Shown: piece by piece, positions 1-12,120 of the stretch
Numbering within the stretch: the stretch's first letter is position 1
How the letters are laid out: every line of letters begins with the position of its first letter
From: Basidiobolus meristosporus CBS 931.73
Taxonomy: Eukaryota; Fungi; Basidiobolomycota
Direction: 5' to 3'
NCBI GenBank assembly: GCA_002104905.1
Contig: MCFE01000038.1
Span: 62,001 to 126,000, forward strand
DNA length: 64,000 nucleotides
Notes under the pieces: generated by a model
The model's database searches: none
What the model was told of the DNA's origin: nothing
The model's input: the letters and a program-made list of their open reading frames with translations, nothing else
Translations under genes and position numbers: made by a program

Positions 1-2048
1 AATATAGTGGCTCCATTGAGCTGGTCCAAAAGCTCATCAATTAAAGGTATGGGGTACTTATTCTTCACAACATCTGAGTTGAGGGCTCTGTAGTCAATGC
101 ACATCCTATGTGTTCCATCCTTCTTCTACACAAAGAGTACTGGTGCTCCCCAAGGTGACTTGCTGGGTCTGATATATCCTTGCTCCAATAACTGATCTAT
201 TTGATTCTTCCTCTCTTCCAGTTCCAATGAACTCATTCTATAGGTTGTCTTACTCACTGGAGGGCTATCTCCTGTGTCAATGTAATGATTCACATCTCTG
301 ACTGGTGGTAGGCTTACAAGTGCATCTGGAAATACATTTGAATATTGCTGCAAAAGCATATGGACCTTCTGGGGTACTGGAGTGGAGGAATCCTCCTGTA
401 ATACTGCCATGAGGAACATCTGGGTGCCTTTTCTAAGTGCTCTACAGAGCTGTATCTTGCTTAGCTCACTTGTTTCACACACTGGTATTGACCAAGTTCA
501 AACCCAGTCTGGCAAGTAATAGCTCATAGGTCTTGTTGTCCTTCTGAATGTGAGTAGCATGGGTTCTCCAGTTGATTGATGGATTACAACAAAATAGCCA
601 GGTCTTTCCTAGTACAAGGTCAAACTTGCAGTTCCCAAATATATAGGCCTGTAGGTCTTCTTCATAGTCATTGATCTTCATCCTCACTGGCTGAGTAATA
701 TGATTGATTAAATGAGAGTACCCATCAGCTGTTGAGACTGAAGTTGATTCAGTGGGTACCAATTTGATTCCAGCTTTTGAAGCAAATTGCTCTGGCATGT
801 ACTCATGCAATGCTCCTGAGTCAATCATGATCTTGGCAGGTACTCCATTAATTACTCAATTCAAATATAATAGCTTTCCTCAGCTTAAGGTCATCTGGGA
901 TAGGTTTTCTTCTGTCATATAGTAGGTGAGTTCTGAGTCTTCTTCAAGTTCATCTGCCACATTACTATGCTAAAGGACTTCAATTTGGTTGAAGGTTCTT
1001 CATGGCTTGTGTTCATTTCTTCTCTGAGGGCAGTACTTTGCAAAATATCCCTACTGGTGGCAATTGAAGCAAAGTCCTTTCTTCTTACATTCTTCTGAGG
1101 TAGGATTCTTCTGCAAAGCATCTATTTCCATTGGCACTGCTTCTGATTGTCTTCTTTCATAATGATTGTAGCCTCTGTATTAGGAATTGTGGGCTTCCCA
1201 AATCCAAACATAGCTGAGTCATAGTCAATGGCAATCTTGATGGCTTCTCCAACAGTTGGGGTCTTCGATAATTCACTTCCTTGCAAGTTCTTTCTTTCAA
1301 CCCCTCAATAAGGTATTCCACTTGATCCAGAGGGTCCATTCCTTCAACTAGTCCAAGTCAACATCTATATTCATAGATGTGCTCTTGAACCATTGTTTTC
1401 TGTTTGAGTGTCTTTGACTTCTTAGTAGTGTCTGCTGGTGTAGAGGTTCAAAAGCATCCTGAATTTTCAACAAAAACTCATTCCAGGTAGAGATTGTAGA
1501 GCACCCCATCACAGTGGCTGACCTGATCTTGTTGTGGTACCACTGTAAAACTGCATCTGCCAGGTAAGAGGCTGAATAATGTAACTTGCACTCTGGAGCA
1601 ATTCCCTTGGCCTTGAAAGCTTCTCCAATCTGGAAGAGCCAAGTTCCCAGGTTTTCATTGACTCTACCATAGTACCAGTTGACCTTCACACTAATGTTGC
1701 TCTTGACAGGGTTTTGCTGGCTTTGGGCCATAGTAGTCATTCCTTGTTGCTGCTGGCTAAGGATCTGGAGTAACTATTACTGTTGGGCCAGGATCTGCTG
1801 CATAGCATTCTTCCATTCTTGATTCTTAGAGAACTTGAGGGAGGCTTTGTCTGTTGAAATATTGGACTATTTGGTATCATTCAGCAACTAAAATTTACTT
1901 GACAATTCTGAACTAGTCTGGTTCACTGTGGGACTAATTTACAGTTCTAACTTTGGCACTTTCTTCAGATCTATGATCTTATGATTATTCCCTTGTAGTC
2001 CAAATCATATTGGCACTATAACTAAATGTTATGTACTAACCCTGAAAC
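1..2048 (-). mobile_element. Decayed Ty3/gypsy LTR retrotransposon, 5' half (gag, zinc knuckle, protease, start of RT); continues off the left edge
   Basis: Gag-like ORF 1740-1348 (YYGRVNENLGTWLFQI...AVLQWY), extendable to an ATG at 1880 through two stops. CxxCxxxxxxxxC knuckle remnant near 1025-1075 (CFNCHQ*GYFAKYC). Protease MIDSGA at 828. RT N-terminus KSPWGAPVLFV, then [10 protein letters not shown] toward position 1. Many stops and frameshifts. The probable 5' LTR 3' end (TGTTATG at 2027) is cut by the copia at 2049. Confidence 0.9.
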
Positions 2049-4570
2049 TGTTGCATAATATTCCTGAATATTGAGAAACCCTCCTTACTTAGTATTACAG
2101 CTGTATTACTTCTACAAAGGTATAAGTACTGAGCTTCTTTATTAATAAATAATAGTTCAACTATTATCACTATTTCTTGATAAGTTCCTTATATCCAAAT
2201 CACTTCTTAAATTGCAACAGGTTATGAGCCCCAATTGCCTTAATCTATTCTAAAGATGACTTCTACAAGCAAACAGAACAACACCAACATCTTTGCTGTA
2301 AAGGAGCAGTTTGATAGGAAGAACCACAGACTTTGAAGAATCAAGATGCAGATCCACCTTGATAAAGGAAGCTTAGGAATATAGTAACAGGAAGAGAAGT
2401 TGAGCCCAAAGGAACAGCAGAAGAAGTGGAGAAGTTTCAAGAGAAGGAGAGAAACGCCTTTAATGCCATATGTATCAATGTGCAAGATTCCTTCATTGGA
2501 CAAATCCATCCCTCAAATACTGCCAAAGCAGCATGGCAATCCTCAGCAAAGATCTTTAGAGCAAAGTCAGTATCAAGCAAGCTTTATTTGAAACAAAAGT
2601 TCTTCAACATGAGAAAAAAGCCAGATGATGACATGCTACAACTCATTACCAGAATGGAGACACTTGCAGAAGAACTTTACAGTATCAATGCTGGTGTGGA
2701 TGATGAAGAAAAGATACTCTGTCTGCTTTGCAGCCCACCCAACAAGTATGAGCCACTCATACTTTCTTTTGGTAGCAAAGAAGACAACTTGACTTTAGAC
2801 TATGTCAAAGGAAGTCTTCTCCATGAAGAACTCAGACGTAATGATCAAGCAGAAAAAATTGAAGATAATGCTTTATTCAGTTCAGAAAGGCACTCAGAAA
2901 TAAGGGAAAGCAACAAAACCAAAGAAAGCCTGGTTGCTGTAACTACTGTAAAAAGCCAGGACACTGGGCAAGAGAATGCAAGAAGAAACAAGCAGACAAA
3001 AAACAGAAACTAGAGCAGGCTTACTATATAACTACTGATGAACAGTTATTTGTCACTGTTCAAGAGAGTGCAAGTAACTAAAGTAATGAATGGTATATTG
3101 ACTCTGGAGCATCACAGCATATTTGTGGTATCAAGGAGTGGTTCAGCATCTTGAAGACTAGTCCCGTAAGAAAGCTTTATCTGGGAGATAACTCTGCTCT
3201 GGAAGCTACCGCCAGTGGGTCTATAAAACCAAATATGAGTGATAGCCCGGGGGCAACAACAGCAAGACTGACTGACGTACTCTATGTACCCAGAATAGCT
3301 AAGAACCTACTCTCAGTCAGTAAAGCAACTGCTCAGGGACTGAAATTTGTTTTTACTAAGATGAGCTGCTCAATATTGAGTGAAATGGACAAAATTTAGC
3401 TTTGGGAATCAGAGATCACAATATATACAAGTTACAATGCAAGATCATTGTACCTGAGTATGTCAACATTGCTGAAACTGATGAAACCAACTGGGAAACG
3501 TGCCATAGGAGGCTAGGACACATTGGGGAGCAGAAAATGAGCCTATTGGTGAAAAATCAGCTTCTTCTGAGCCTAAAATACTCAGTTCCAATTGAGTTGA
3601 ATGATTGTAAGGGATTTTCATATGGCAAACAAGCTAGGCAACATTTTAAGAGCTCAGAAGGCATCAATATCACCAATGTATTGGCTATTATATGCTCAGA
3701 CAAATGTAGCCCCATGAGAACACTGTCTTTTGGAGCCAGGAGATACTTTATGGCATATATTGATGACTAAACAAGATATACATGGGTGTACTTCCTCAAA
3801 ACAAAGGATGAAGCTTTAGAGACATTTAAGCACTTAAAGAACATGGCAGAAGCCCAAACTGGGTGTAAATTGAAGGTACTACAAAGTGACAATGGAGGAG
3901 AATTCTGTTCAAAGGAGTTTGCAAAATTCTGCTCATCTACTGGTATACTTTGACAGACCACAGGGCTGAATCTGTTGCTGCCGCAGTACACATCAAGAAC
4001 AGATGCCGAACAACAGCACTACATGATTATACACCTTTCAAGTATTTATGGGCAAAAAACCAGATCACCAGCACCTCAAGGTATTTGGCAGTAATGTTTT
4101 TTTTATCACATCTCTGACAAAAATTGCCCAAAGCTGGAACCAAAGAGTAGGAAAAGGTTCTTTCTTGGGTATTGTGAAGATACTAAAAGGTATAGAGTGT
4201 ATGATGGCAATGTTCAGAAGCTGATCAAGAGCAGGGATGTTGTATTTGAGGAGAATTCAGATCACAAAGCCACTGAGATCATTGGCCAGATACCTGATGA
4301 TGCAATCAACACTAATGAAGTAGATATGTACCTAATTCAGCCAGATACAGATGATAATTCTGCAAGTTTCAGATCAGAGCAGACTATCCCAGTTAGGAGA
4401 TCTACCAGAATAAGAAATGCCCCTGGATCCTGGTGGCAAACATCCAATGATCATGGAGAAGCTTATCTTGCCTTATGTGCCAAACCTCAGAATCTGGAAC
4501 AGGCAATGCAAAGTCCAGATGCTACTAAGTGGCAACAAGCCATGCAGGAGGAGTACCAATCACTGATCAA
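2049..4570 (+). mobile_element. Decayed Ty1/copia (family A), 3'-truncated before RT
   Basis: 171-bp LTR 2049-2219 (TGTTGCA...TGCAACA) and PBS GGTTATGAGCCC at 2220-2231. Gag 2426-3013, knuckle CNYCKKPGHWAREC (~2935-2985), protease WYIDSGASQH (~3090), HRRLGH pre-integrase, integrase DNGGEF. Homology stops after QEEYQSLIK (~4570). Confidence 0.9.
2220..2231 (+). promoter_or_regulatory. Primer-binding site complementary to the tRNA-iMet anticodon arm
   Basis: GGTTATGAGCCC directly abuts the LTR end. It is the reverse complement of GGGCTCATAACC in fungal initiator tRNA-Met. Confidence 0.8.
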
Positions 4571-4599
4571 GGCATATATAGAATGCTGTGGTGAGCCAA

Positions 4600-6420
4600 A
4601 TGGAATTACAAACTCACCAAAGTGGGTTTGCACAGGGTAACAAGTAAGGCTAACTGCCGTTATAGAGGCATCAAGCAGCTGGCATGGTACTGTGGGTAAA
4701 GTAGTGACTGATGAATGCTTGTTCATGCTAAGTCTGGCAAACAACTGGCCATAATGCTTTTAATAGCTTCTATGCCATATTCATATTTTATGGCTGTAAG
4801 GCTTGTTACAATAGCCATATGCTTGCTTTTTCCTTTGATTTTGGCATTCAATAGATGTAGTCTTATCCATGGGGCAAGCAGCTCAACACTTAACAACATA
4901 ATATCTTTACATCACTTCTTTGTCCATACTCAAGTGGATATAAGAAAGAACTGTATTTAATATGGTATTTGTGTGTCCATTAAGATATTGTCCATGCGGC
5001 AAACAGTTCAACACTCTACAGCATAACACTGTTACATCATTTTGTGTGTTAATACTCATGTGAGTTGAGATAGTGAATCTATATCAATATAAGAGCTAAT
5101 GATGACCTACATAGTAAACATCATATGTAAAATAGTGGCACCATATGCACAATTGTATGTAACATTACTTTACACTTTGCTTGACTCCCTTGCATATGTA
5201 TGCCACTAAAAATAAATCACAGTTGTTGGGTACCCCACCATACTGCACTGCTGAGAGCAGCAGTAGTACAGTTGGGCAACGGCTTGCTCTGACACATAAT
5301 ACAACAAGCGGGGCCCCATCCATTTAACTCCATGTCAATAGCATGCCCACTGAAGTTGATAGTGAGGGCTCCTCAGACTCTCAGTCAGGTAGATTACTAA
5401 GAATGTTTATGGAGCTGCTAGCTGATCATAATGCTTAGGCAGATGAAAGTGCAGCAAATAGAGTGTCTCCAGTAGAAGGCCAGTAAATGACATTCATTAT
5501 ATCACCACAACTAGTATTAACAAGTATGCTGTCAGCTTATACAAAGTATGAGTGAGGCAATTAGGTGCAGGGGCTGTTTGGATGTATGCAATGGCCAAGA
5601 CAAATCATGAAATACCTCAGAGATAGGAAAGGCAGAGACTATGTCTAGAGCAAGCAATATATGAGGTAAAGAATGCAGTATCTAGGCTGCAAAGAGGGAA
5701 TTCAAATAGTTGAATATCACAGCCAAGAATTGAGCTATTTACCAATGTAAGAGCAGAGGAATATTGCCAGCTTTGAGGTACAATAACCACTCAGGGATAA
5801 AGCTCACAGAAACTCCAGTTTTAGTGCAGGAGGGGGAGACTGTGATTTTTATACTTGAGCCTCAAGATTAAAAGCATTGAAGATCTCAGAAGCCATCAAG
5901 TACATTAATGAAGAGTGGCCTAATATCCAAGAGGCTGTTAGAAGTCTAGCATTGCATCACCTTAGTGCAGGCAAACTGTGGGACCATCAGGAGCTCAAGG
6001 CCCAGTTGGCTGAATTTGATCTGTTCCATGAGCATTTTCCAGGATTCAAACTGAAAATAGATTTTGTCCCAGGACTGATATGCTAAGAAAGTATCTGCAG
6101 TATAGCAGAAACTACTAAAGGCACCGGTATAAAAGTGCCAAAGCTTAAAGCCAGTAGCTTCATCAAGGGCTTGTCAGAAACTGGACTGAAAGCTCTAGGC
6201 AAGCATGAAAGAGTTGTTAGACAACTAGGAAAGCTCCAATAGAGGATAAGCAGACAGAAACAAGTGCAATGTTGGAGCATTTATTAAGGACAATTCATTA
6301 TTTAACTCAGGAAACAATTGGTCATTGTAGCAGTGAAGGACCTGGCAGTACTAAAAGCCCTCAGCTTTACCAGAGGTTTGTCACAGCCAGGGTTTAAGGC
6401 TCAAAACAAAGGAAATAAAG
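4600..6420 (+). mobile_element. Fragment of the CACTA-like family: central region plus 5' part of the accessory gene
   Basis: Similar to 22410-22650 and to the reverse complement of 26600-28198. ORF 5877-6086 (EAIKYINEEW...LFHEHFPGF) matches ORF 23765-24148. Confidence 0.7.
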
Positions 6421-6759
6421 CATCTTTCATGAAGTAATACAAGGTGTATCTTGCATTATCATTAGCAAGCTGGATTAAGTATCTCATCCTGATTAGTCAT
6501 TCATCTTAAATATGTCAACAGAAATCTGAATAAATTAAATCTTATTTTTTCCTAGTTTAGAATGGCCTAGCGCTCCTAAATTGTAGTTTAGCCTGTTTCC
6601 TGTAAATGCAGGGTTTTCAGTGCGCCTACCCTGAAAGGGGGCTAATTTACCCTGTAGATTGGCCAAACTTTGATTGTTTTGCAAAAATAATTAAAAAGAT
6701 ATTTCTAGATCTTTTGTACCAAAACATTGGCATATATTTGTTTAAGTCACCTAATGCTC

Positions 6760-8274
6760 TCAAAAACACACCCCTGGACTTGATCAGCTTCTTTGCCTTG
6801 GTTCTGTAGATTCTGTATGCTTTACCCTTATTGCAGTAGCCTAGCAATATGCTTTTCACATTTCTTGGCCCCAATTTTGACTGATTTCCTGGCAGTTTCT
6901 TGAAATAAGCTGTACACCCATATATTCTTGAGTATACTGCACCTGATCCACATCAATACCATGCTTCAAATAGAATAAAATCACAAAGTACTCTGTTATG
7001 ACTCCTCTGTCTAAGTTATAGAACTGTGGCAACTAAATCTGCCCAAAATGCAAAGGATAATTTATTGTGAATCATTAATCTTGCTGTAAAATTTACTGAT
7101 ATGTTTGCATGTTCTGCTACTAAGCTCTGCTGTGCAGAGTATGGTACAGTAGTTTTGTGCTATATCTCATGAAGCTTGCAGAAGTGGACAAAGAGGGTAA
7201 GGTAAATTCTTGATTTTTTTACTAGTTTCTCTCTCTGCCACGGCCTTGAACTCCCTGAGCTTAGACATAGCCGCTTCTAGTCACCCATGAAAACCTTCTT
7301 GAAATGGAATTTCTTGATATTGGGGAAAGAGTTCTTTTTGATTTGCAAAGTGTTGAGCTGCTCCAGGGTCAATATACCACATCTGAGAATCCTTTTTTGT
7401 ATTAATTTAGTGCAGATATGAATAGTCTATCTTCAGTGGTTGCAGTATTTCCATATTTAGGCTTTTTCAGCTCATTTTCTCTGTTTTTGAGCCACAATTT
7501 CATTGTGTGACTCTGGGGCAGATACTAGGCCCTTTAGCTTGTTGGCCAGACTATTCAGGATGGCAACTATCCCATCTTCACCAGTAGGTGATGTGCCCAC
7601 AGATTCCATCACATGCACCAGTGAGGTAGCTCTGTTGATTAGATTGTTGTTTCTTCTGCTGGCAGCATCTTTGTAGTAAAGAGTCTTTGTCCAAGAAACA
7701 TCTCTCAGCAGCTGAACATGACAGACATATGTCTGCTAATGCCTTCCAAGAATTCTATTCTGTTTTTGCTCCTGAACATTGAACTAGCATTTTGTCTTTA
7801 GCATTAAAGCATATTCATTAAGGGCACTCTGCTTCTTCTTCTTCTGGTACTTTAAGGCTTCCTCTCCTATGTTTTTAGGAAGGCATTCTTCTCCCATGAA
7901 AATTTCCCAATGGCCTCTTTTGTGATGTAGCATCTTCCTCTTTACCTTGCACACTGTGCAGTCAGTTGCATCCAACTTTTCAGCAGAGGGAAAATTTCAG
8001 TATTAGCATATGTTGATATTGCAGGGAGTGACACCCTGGGGCTCATTGCTTACTACAAGTGCCTTTGAAATATTGGAAGTTTTTGTGAAACCAAGTAAAT
8101 TATATAGTTTTTGGTTAGTTGCATTTTCATGTTTCACCTACCTAATATTCCAGTGAGAATATTCTAGCTAAATTCCAACAAGGAATTTGGTCAAAATTTG
8201 CTAAGATTTGTATGTGACAATATAAGTGGCTAGGTCTGTTGAATATCATTGTGCAATTACAAACTCTTAGAACA
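6760..8274 (-). mobile_element. Decayed, internally deleted Ty1/copia related to the 35516-40199 element
   Basis: Shortened LTR-like segment ~8052-8274. Gag 7975-7784 (GEECLPKNIGEEALKYQKK, versus GEECPPKNVGEEALKYQKK in the intact copy). Protease remnant ~7380. Integrase C-terminus (LGYCNKGKAYRIY...KLIKSR) ~6874-6760. Confidence 0.85.
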
Positions 8275-9239
8275 CTTATTGGCACTAGATTTTCTTGATT
8301 CTTTGTGCAGGAGCTTTCCATATATGTAACATAACACCATATCTTCAGTTGAGGCCTCCAGGGCTGATAAAAGGCCTTGAAATCTGTATGTTGGGCTATT
8401 CAGAACTGTAACCACCCTATCCTCATCAGTAGTTGGTACGTCCATAGATTAGAGTGCTTCCACCAGCAGATTAATTCTGTTAGTTGGATTTCTCATTTCT
8501 CCTCCTGGAAGCATTTTTGTAGTAAATAGCTTATCTATGATACCTTCTTTGGCAGCTGAACATGACTTGTATGTGTCTGCTAATGCCTTCCAGGCATTCT
8601 ATGCTGTTTTTGCTTTTAGGCATTGAATTAGCAGTTTGTCTTTAGCATTGTGGCAAATGCAGTTAATGCACTCTGTTCTTTCTTCTGGTATTTTTACACT
8701 TCCCCACCAATATTTTTAGAAGGGCACATTCCTCTCATGGCAATATCTCAAGGGTTTCTTACTTACAGCAGCATTATCACTTTTAACTTCCACACTTTGC
8801 AGTTAGATCCATCCAACTTTTCAGCTGAGGTAAAATTGGAGTAAAAGCAGAATTAGACATTGCAGAGAGTGAAAGCTTAGGGCTCATAGCCTGTTCCAAG
8901 AGTCTTAGAGATATCGGAAGTGATTTGGAGAACAAGAGGATTATGTAAATTCACTCAATTATTTGTTGAATGTAAATGTAATATTTGTACTTTTATATAG
9001 TGCTTGCATAGCAAACATATAGAATAGGTATAAGAAGGTTCCAAGAGTAGGTGTGCAAAGTGTGGCGCTGTTTGGGAGACCTTATGAATTTTCATAATCT
9101 GTGTGCCTGATATTTTGGTAAAAGTGTTCAAATTAGATTCTAACAGGGAATTTGGTCAGTGTTCACTTAAATTTGTAGGTGACATTTTAAGTGAACAATT
9201 TAGGCAAATTTTTAGGTGGAATTATATATTTTCACAATA
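8275..9239 (-). mobile_element. Decayed Ty1/copia 5' LTR + PBS + gag fragment, same lineage as 35516-40199
   Basis: LTR ~9239-8892 (about 348 bp, colinear with the 349-bp LTR). PBS GGCTATGAGCCC at 8891-8880. Gag remnants (DVPTTDEDRVVTVLNS) down to 8275, where the next copy's LTR begins. Confidence 0.8.
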
Positions 9240-10954
9240 TAACCAACACTAACATTAATCCCAACCCCACACTCAACAAGTTTACTCCAATAAAATCCAC
9301 TATTCAAAAAGAACTTCTGCTGTAATGCCCTTTTTTCATGACTTTGACATCAACCATACACCTTGATGCCAGTGTTCATTCACTAGTTTCAATACAGCCT
9401 AGTCTTTAGCCAACACAACAAGGTTTAGCACATCATCTGTTAGTCTTTGCAATAAGTCCTTGTATTGTTTAAGTCTATTCTCCTGAGCATTGTTCTTGAA
9501 GAAATGCTGCAACCTTATGGTGTCACTATTAATATTCCTAAGCCCCACTGTAGGCATTTTGAGAGTCCATTAGGTTCTTGACATTATTGCTTTGTTTGTC
9601 AGTGGGATCTCCACTCTTTCTACAATAGCAGATATGGAGATATTAGTAGACAAGTTGCCTTTCTCTGCAAACTCATTTGCCTCACTGGAGTGTTGCTCAA
9701 TTAGCTGCAATTCCAACTCTTGAGAAAAAAGCTGTTTTCTTGAATGTAATTCTTGTTAAGTATTATGGAATTCTGCCTGCTCTAGGCTGAAGGCATTAAC
9801 TGCCAAGAGCTTTTCTCTTAAGCTTTCCATCCTCAGGCTTGGATAGGCTTTTTTTCTTTACCTTTAACTTTATCACCGCCAAGTCATTCATTGTTACCTA
9901 GACTGATTACTGCTTGTATTCTACTAATTTTTCTCTTTAATAAATGCTGCACTAATGCATCTGTTTTAGCCTGCTTGTCCCTTACAGGCACTTATCTGTT
10001 ACAAGTCTTGGTATAAGAGTTGTAGAGGAATAGGGAGTTTAGCTAGTATTGTATTCACTAAAACTTGAACTGATTTTTATTGAGGTTCCAGCAGCTCCTT
10101 ATATACATTTTGCCAGATCAATTGCTGACTAATTGTATTTCCTAATGTAGGTTGTGGCTGATGACTCATTTGATTGCATCATCATCACCCAATAAGATCC
10201 TACTTAATATATCTATTTCTGTCTGATAAGGATCTGCTGATTCATTTGCTGACTAATGCAACTGATTTCATAGATAATACTGATATACTGATAACATAAA
10301 CATATACTAATGGATTTGACTAAAAACTGATCTAACTTAAACATTCAAGCGGCAGATCATAACATATCTACCAATCTGATGTTTCTTTGCCCTTGGTCTT
10401 GAGCCATTAGCTCTACTTGTGACAGGCCCTCAAGAAAGCCATAGGTTTTATCACTGTCAGGCCCTTCACTGCTACTTTAACCATATACCAGTTGTACTGA
10501 GCTATGTTTTTCTCTTGCTAAATGCTGTACTGATGGATTTTTTTCTGGCTGCTGGCCCATTACTAGCACTCCTCTGGCTGCATGATGTTTCTTTGCCACA
10601 TATTTGGAGCTTTCAGCCTTGCTGGTGACAAGCTCTTGAGGAAGCTGCTGGTTTTTAGCTATGGCATCATTATTCCGCTGCCTTTGAGAGTTTCTGCTAT
10701 TCTGAAGATACTCTCTTAGCGTTCAAATGTGGGCCCAAAACCTGTTTGCTTTCTTGAATTCAGGATAAGGAGCATGGAGCAGATCAAGCACATTCTGCTT
10801 GGCCTTGAGTTTTGGATGAGTCTATGGTATGCTGACCTTGAAGTGATGCAATGCTAGACTTCTAATGGCTTCTAGAATATTTGCCGACTCTTCATCACGG
10901 CACTCAACAGCTTCACAGATCTTCAATGTCTTTTGATTATTAGGCTTGGGTATA
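9240..10954 (-). mobile_element. CACTA-like accessory gene fragment (outermost host layer)
   Basis: Homologous to 18150-19540 and 25150-26900. Contains the ~207-bp repeat. Interrupted by the solo LTR 9997-10364 and bounded on the right by the CCCTAC terminus at 10955. Confidence 0.7.
9997..10364 (-). repeat. Solo LTR, 368 bp, 4-bp TSD TATC
   Basis: TGTTA...TAACA ends, with TATC at 9993-9996 and 10365-10368. About 97% identical to 14459-14826. Removing it restores the host repeat. Confidence 0.9.
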
Positions 10955-12120
10955 CCCTACAAAAAATAAATGTGATGATCCCATCAAAAGGCCATTACCA
11001 AATCAAAGTCCTGTGACCAAGAGGTATTGATCCTGTCAGGACACTGTGCAAAGACTGTTGAAAAACAACTGCAGCTCAGATTTACAGAAATCTTGATCAA
11101 AATTCTTTGACATTACAGTATATAAGTAGTATTGATTGGTCCCCTGCCTATTCTCACACCATATAATCCTGGACACTCAGTAACCTCTTACACTTTTGTA
11201 TGTTGATTGGCTATTGCCTCTTTTTTACACTTCTTGCTTGCTGACTAAAACCATTCTTGTACTTTTCATACATACAAGTTGATTTATTTCCATGGAAACT
11301 TCAGTTGTACCTCAATTGCCAATTGATTTGACCTAAACAAATCCCTATTGTCCACACCAATTTTAAGCTCAACTCCACACTCAACAAGTAACTCCATTGA
11401 GATCCATTGTTCAATAAGTATATTTGCTATGATGCCAATTTTCCATGACTTTGGCAGGAATCCTACAGCTTTATGCCACTGTTTTGAAGCACTGCTCTTG
11501 AAGAAGTCCTGCAACCTCTTGGTGTGCCTATTAATATTGCAAATTTCTACTGTAGGCTTTGTGATAGTCATTTGAGTTCCTGATATTGTTGCTTTGCCCG
11601 ATGAAAAACAACCTGGCCCCTTGGGTATAAACAGTCCAGATCAGCCATTAGAATCCATGCTGAGTTGGTCATATTGCCAGCAGCTTGGAATAAAAACTCC
11701 TCAAGCTAAAGCTGTTGATGTCTCAAGTTGGCATTATTGGTCTGCTTCTAGATAAATATTTCTATGAGAAATAATCTGGTCTCAATGCTGGATCCAATCC
11801 AGATCAACTATCAGGATCCTATTTGGAGACTGTCATATTACCGGCAGCTTAGAACCGGTAACCTTCTTAACAATCTTATAACAGGATCACAGTAGTGTTC
11901 AGCTAATTTCACTGTCAAATAATGCTAAAAAAATTAACCGGGTTTGATCAGTGCTGTAGCAATAATTGCATGGCATTATTGTGGTCTTAATGCACTCTAC
12001 AACTTATGAAATGGATTTAACCACCAGTACATCCAGTTGCCTTGCATGGTAACCAGCTTGACTGTGTTTTGACAGCCTTGTTGTGGATCTCTGATGGCAC
12101 TATCATGGCAGTATTGCAGC

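Noticed and set aside
2044-2048. GAAAC before the family A copia LTR, identical to the TSD of the intact copia
   Set aside because: Two sites cannot establish a target preference, and the solo LTR of the intact family has CTTCC.
6520-6760. Short segment with a CAGGGT...ACCCTG inverted repeat as a MITE
   Set aside because: No paired termini, TSD or second copy found in the window.
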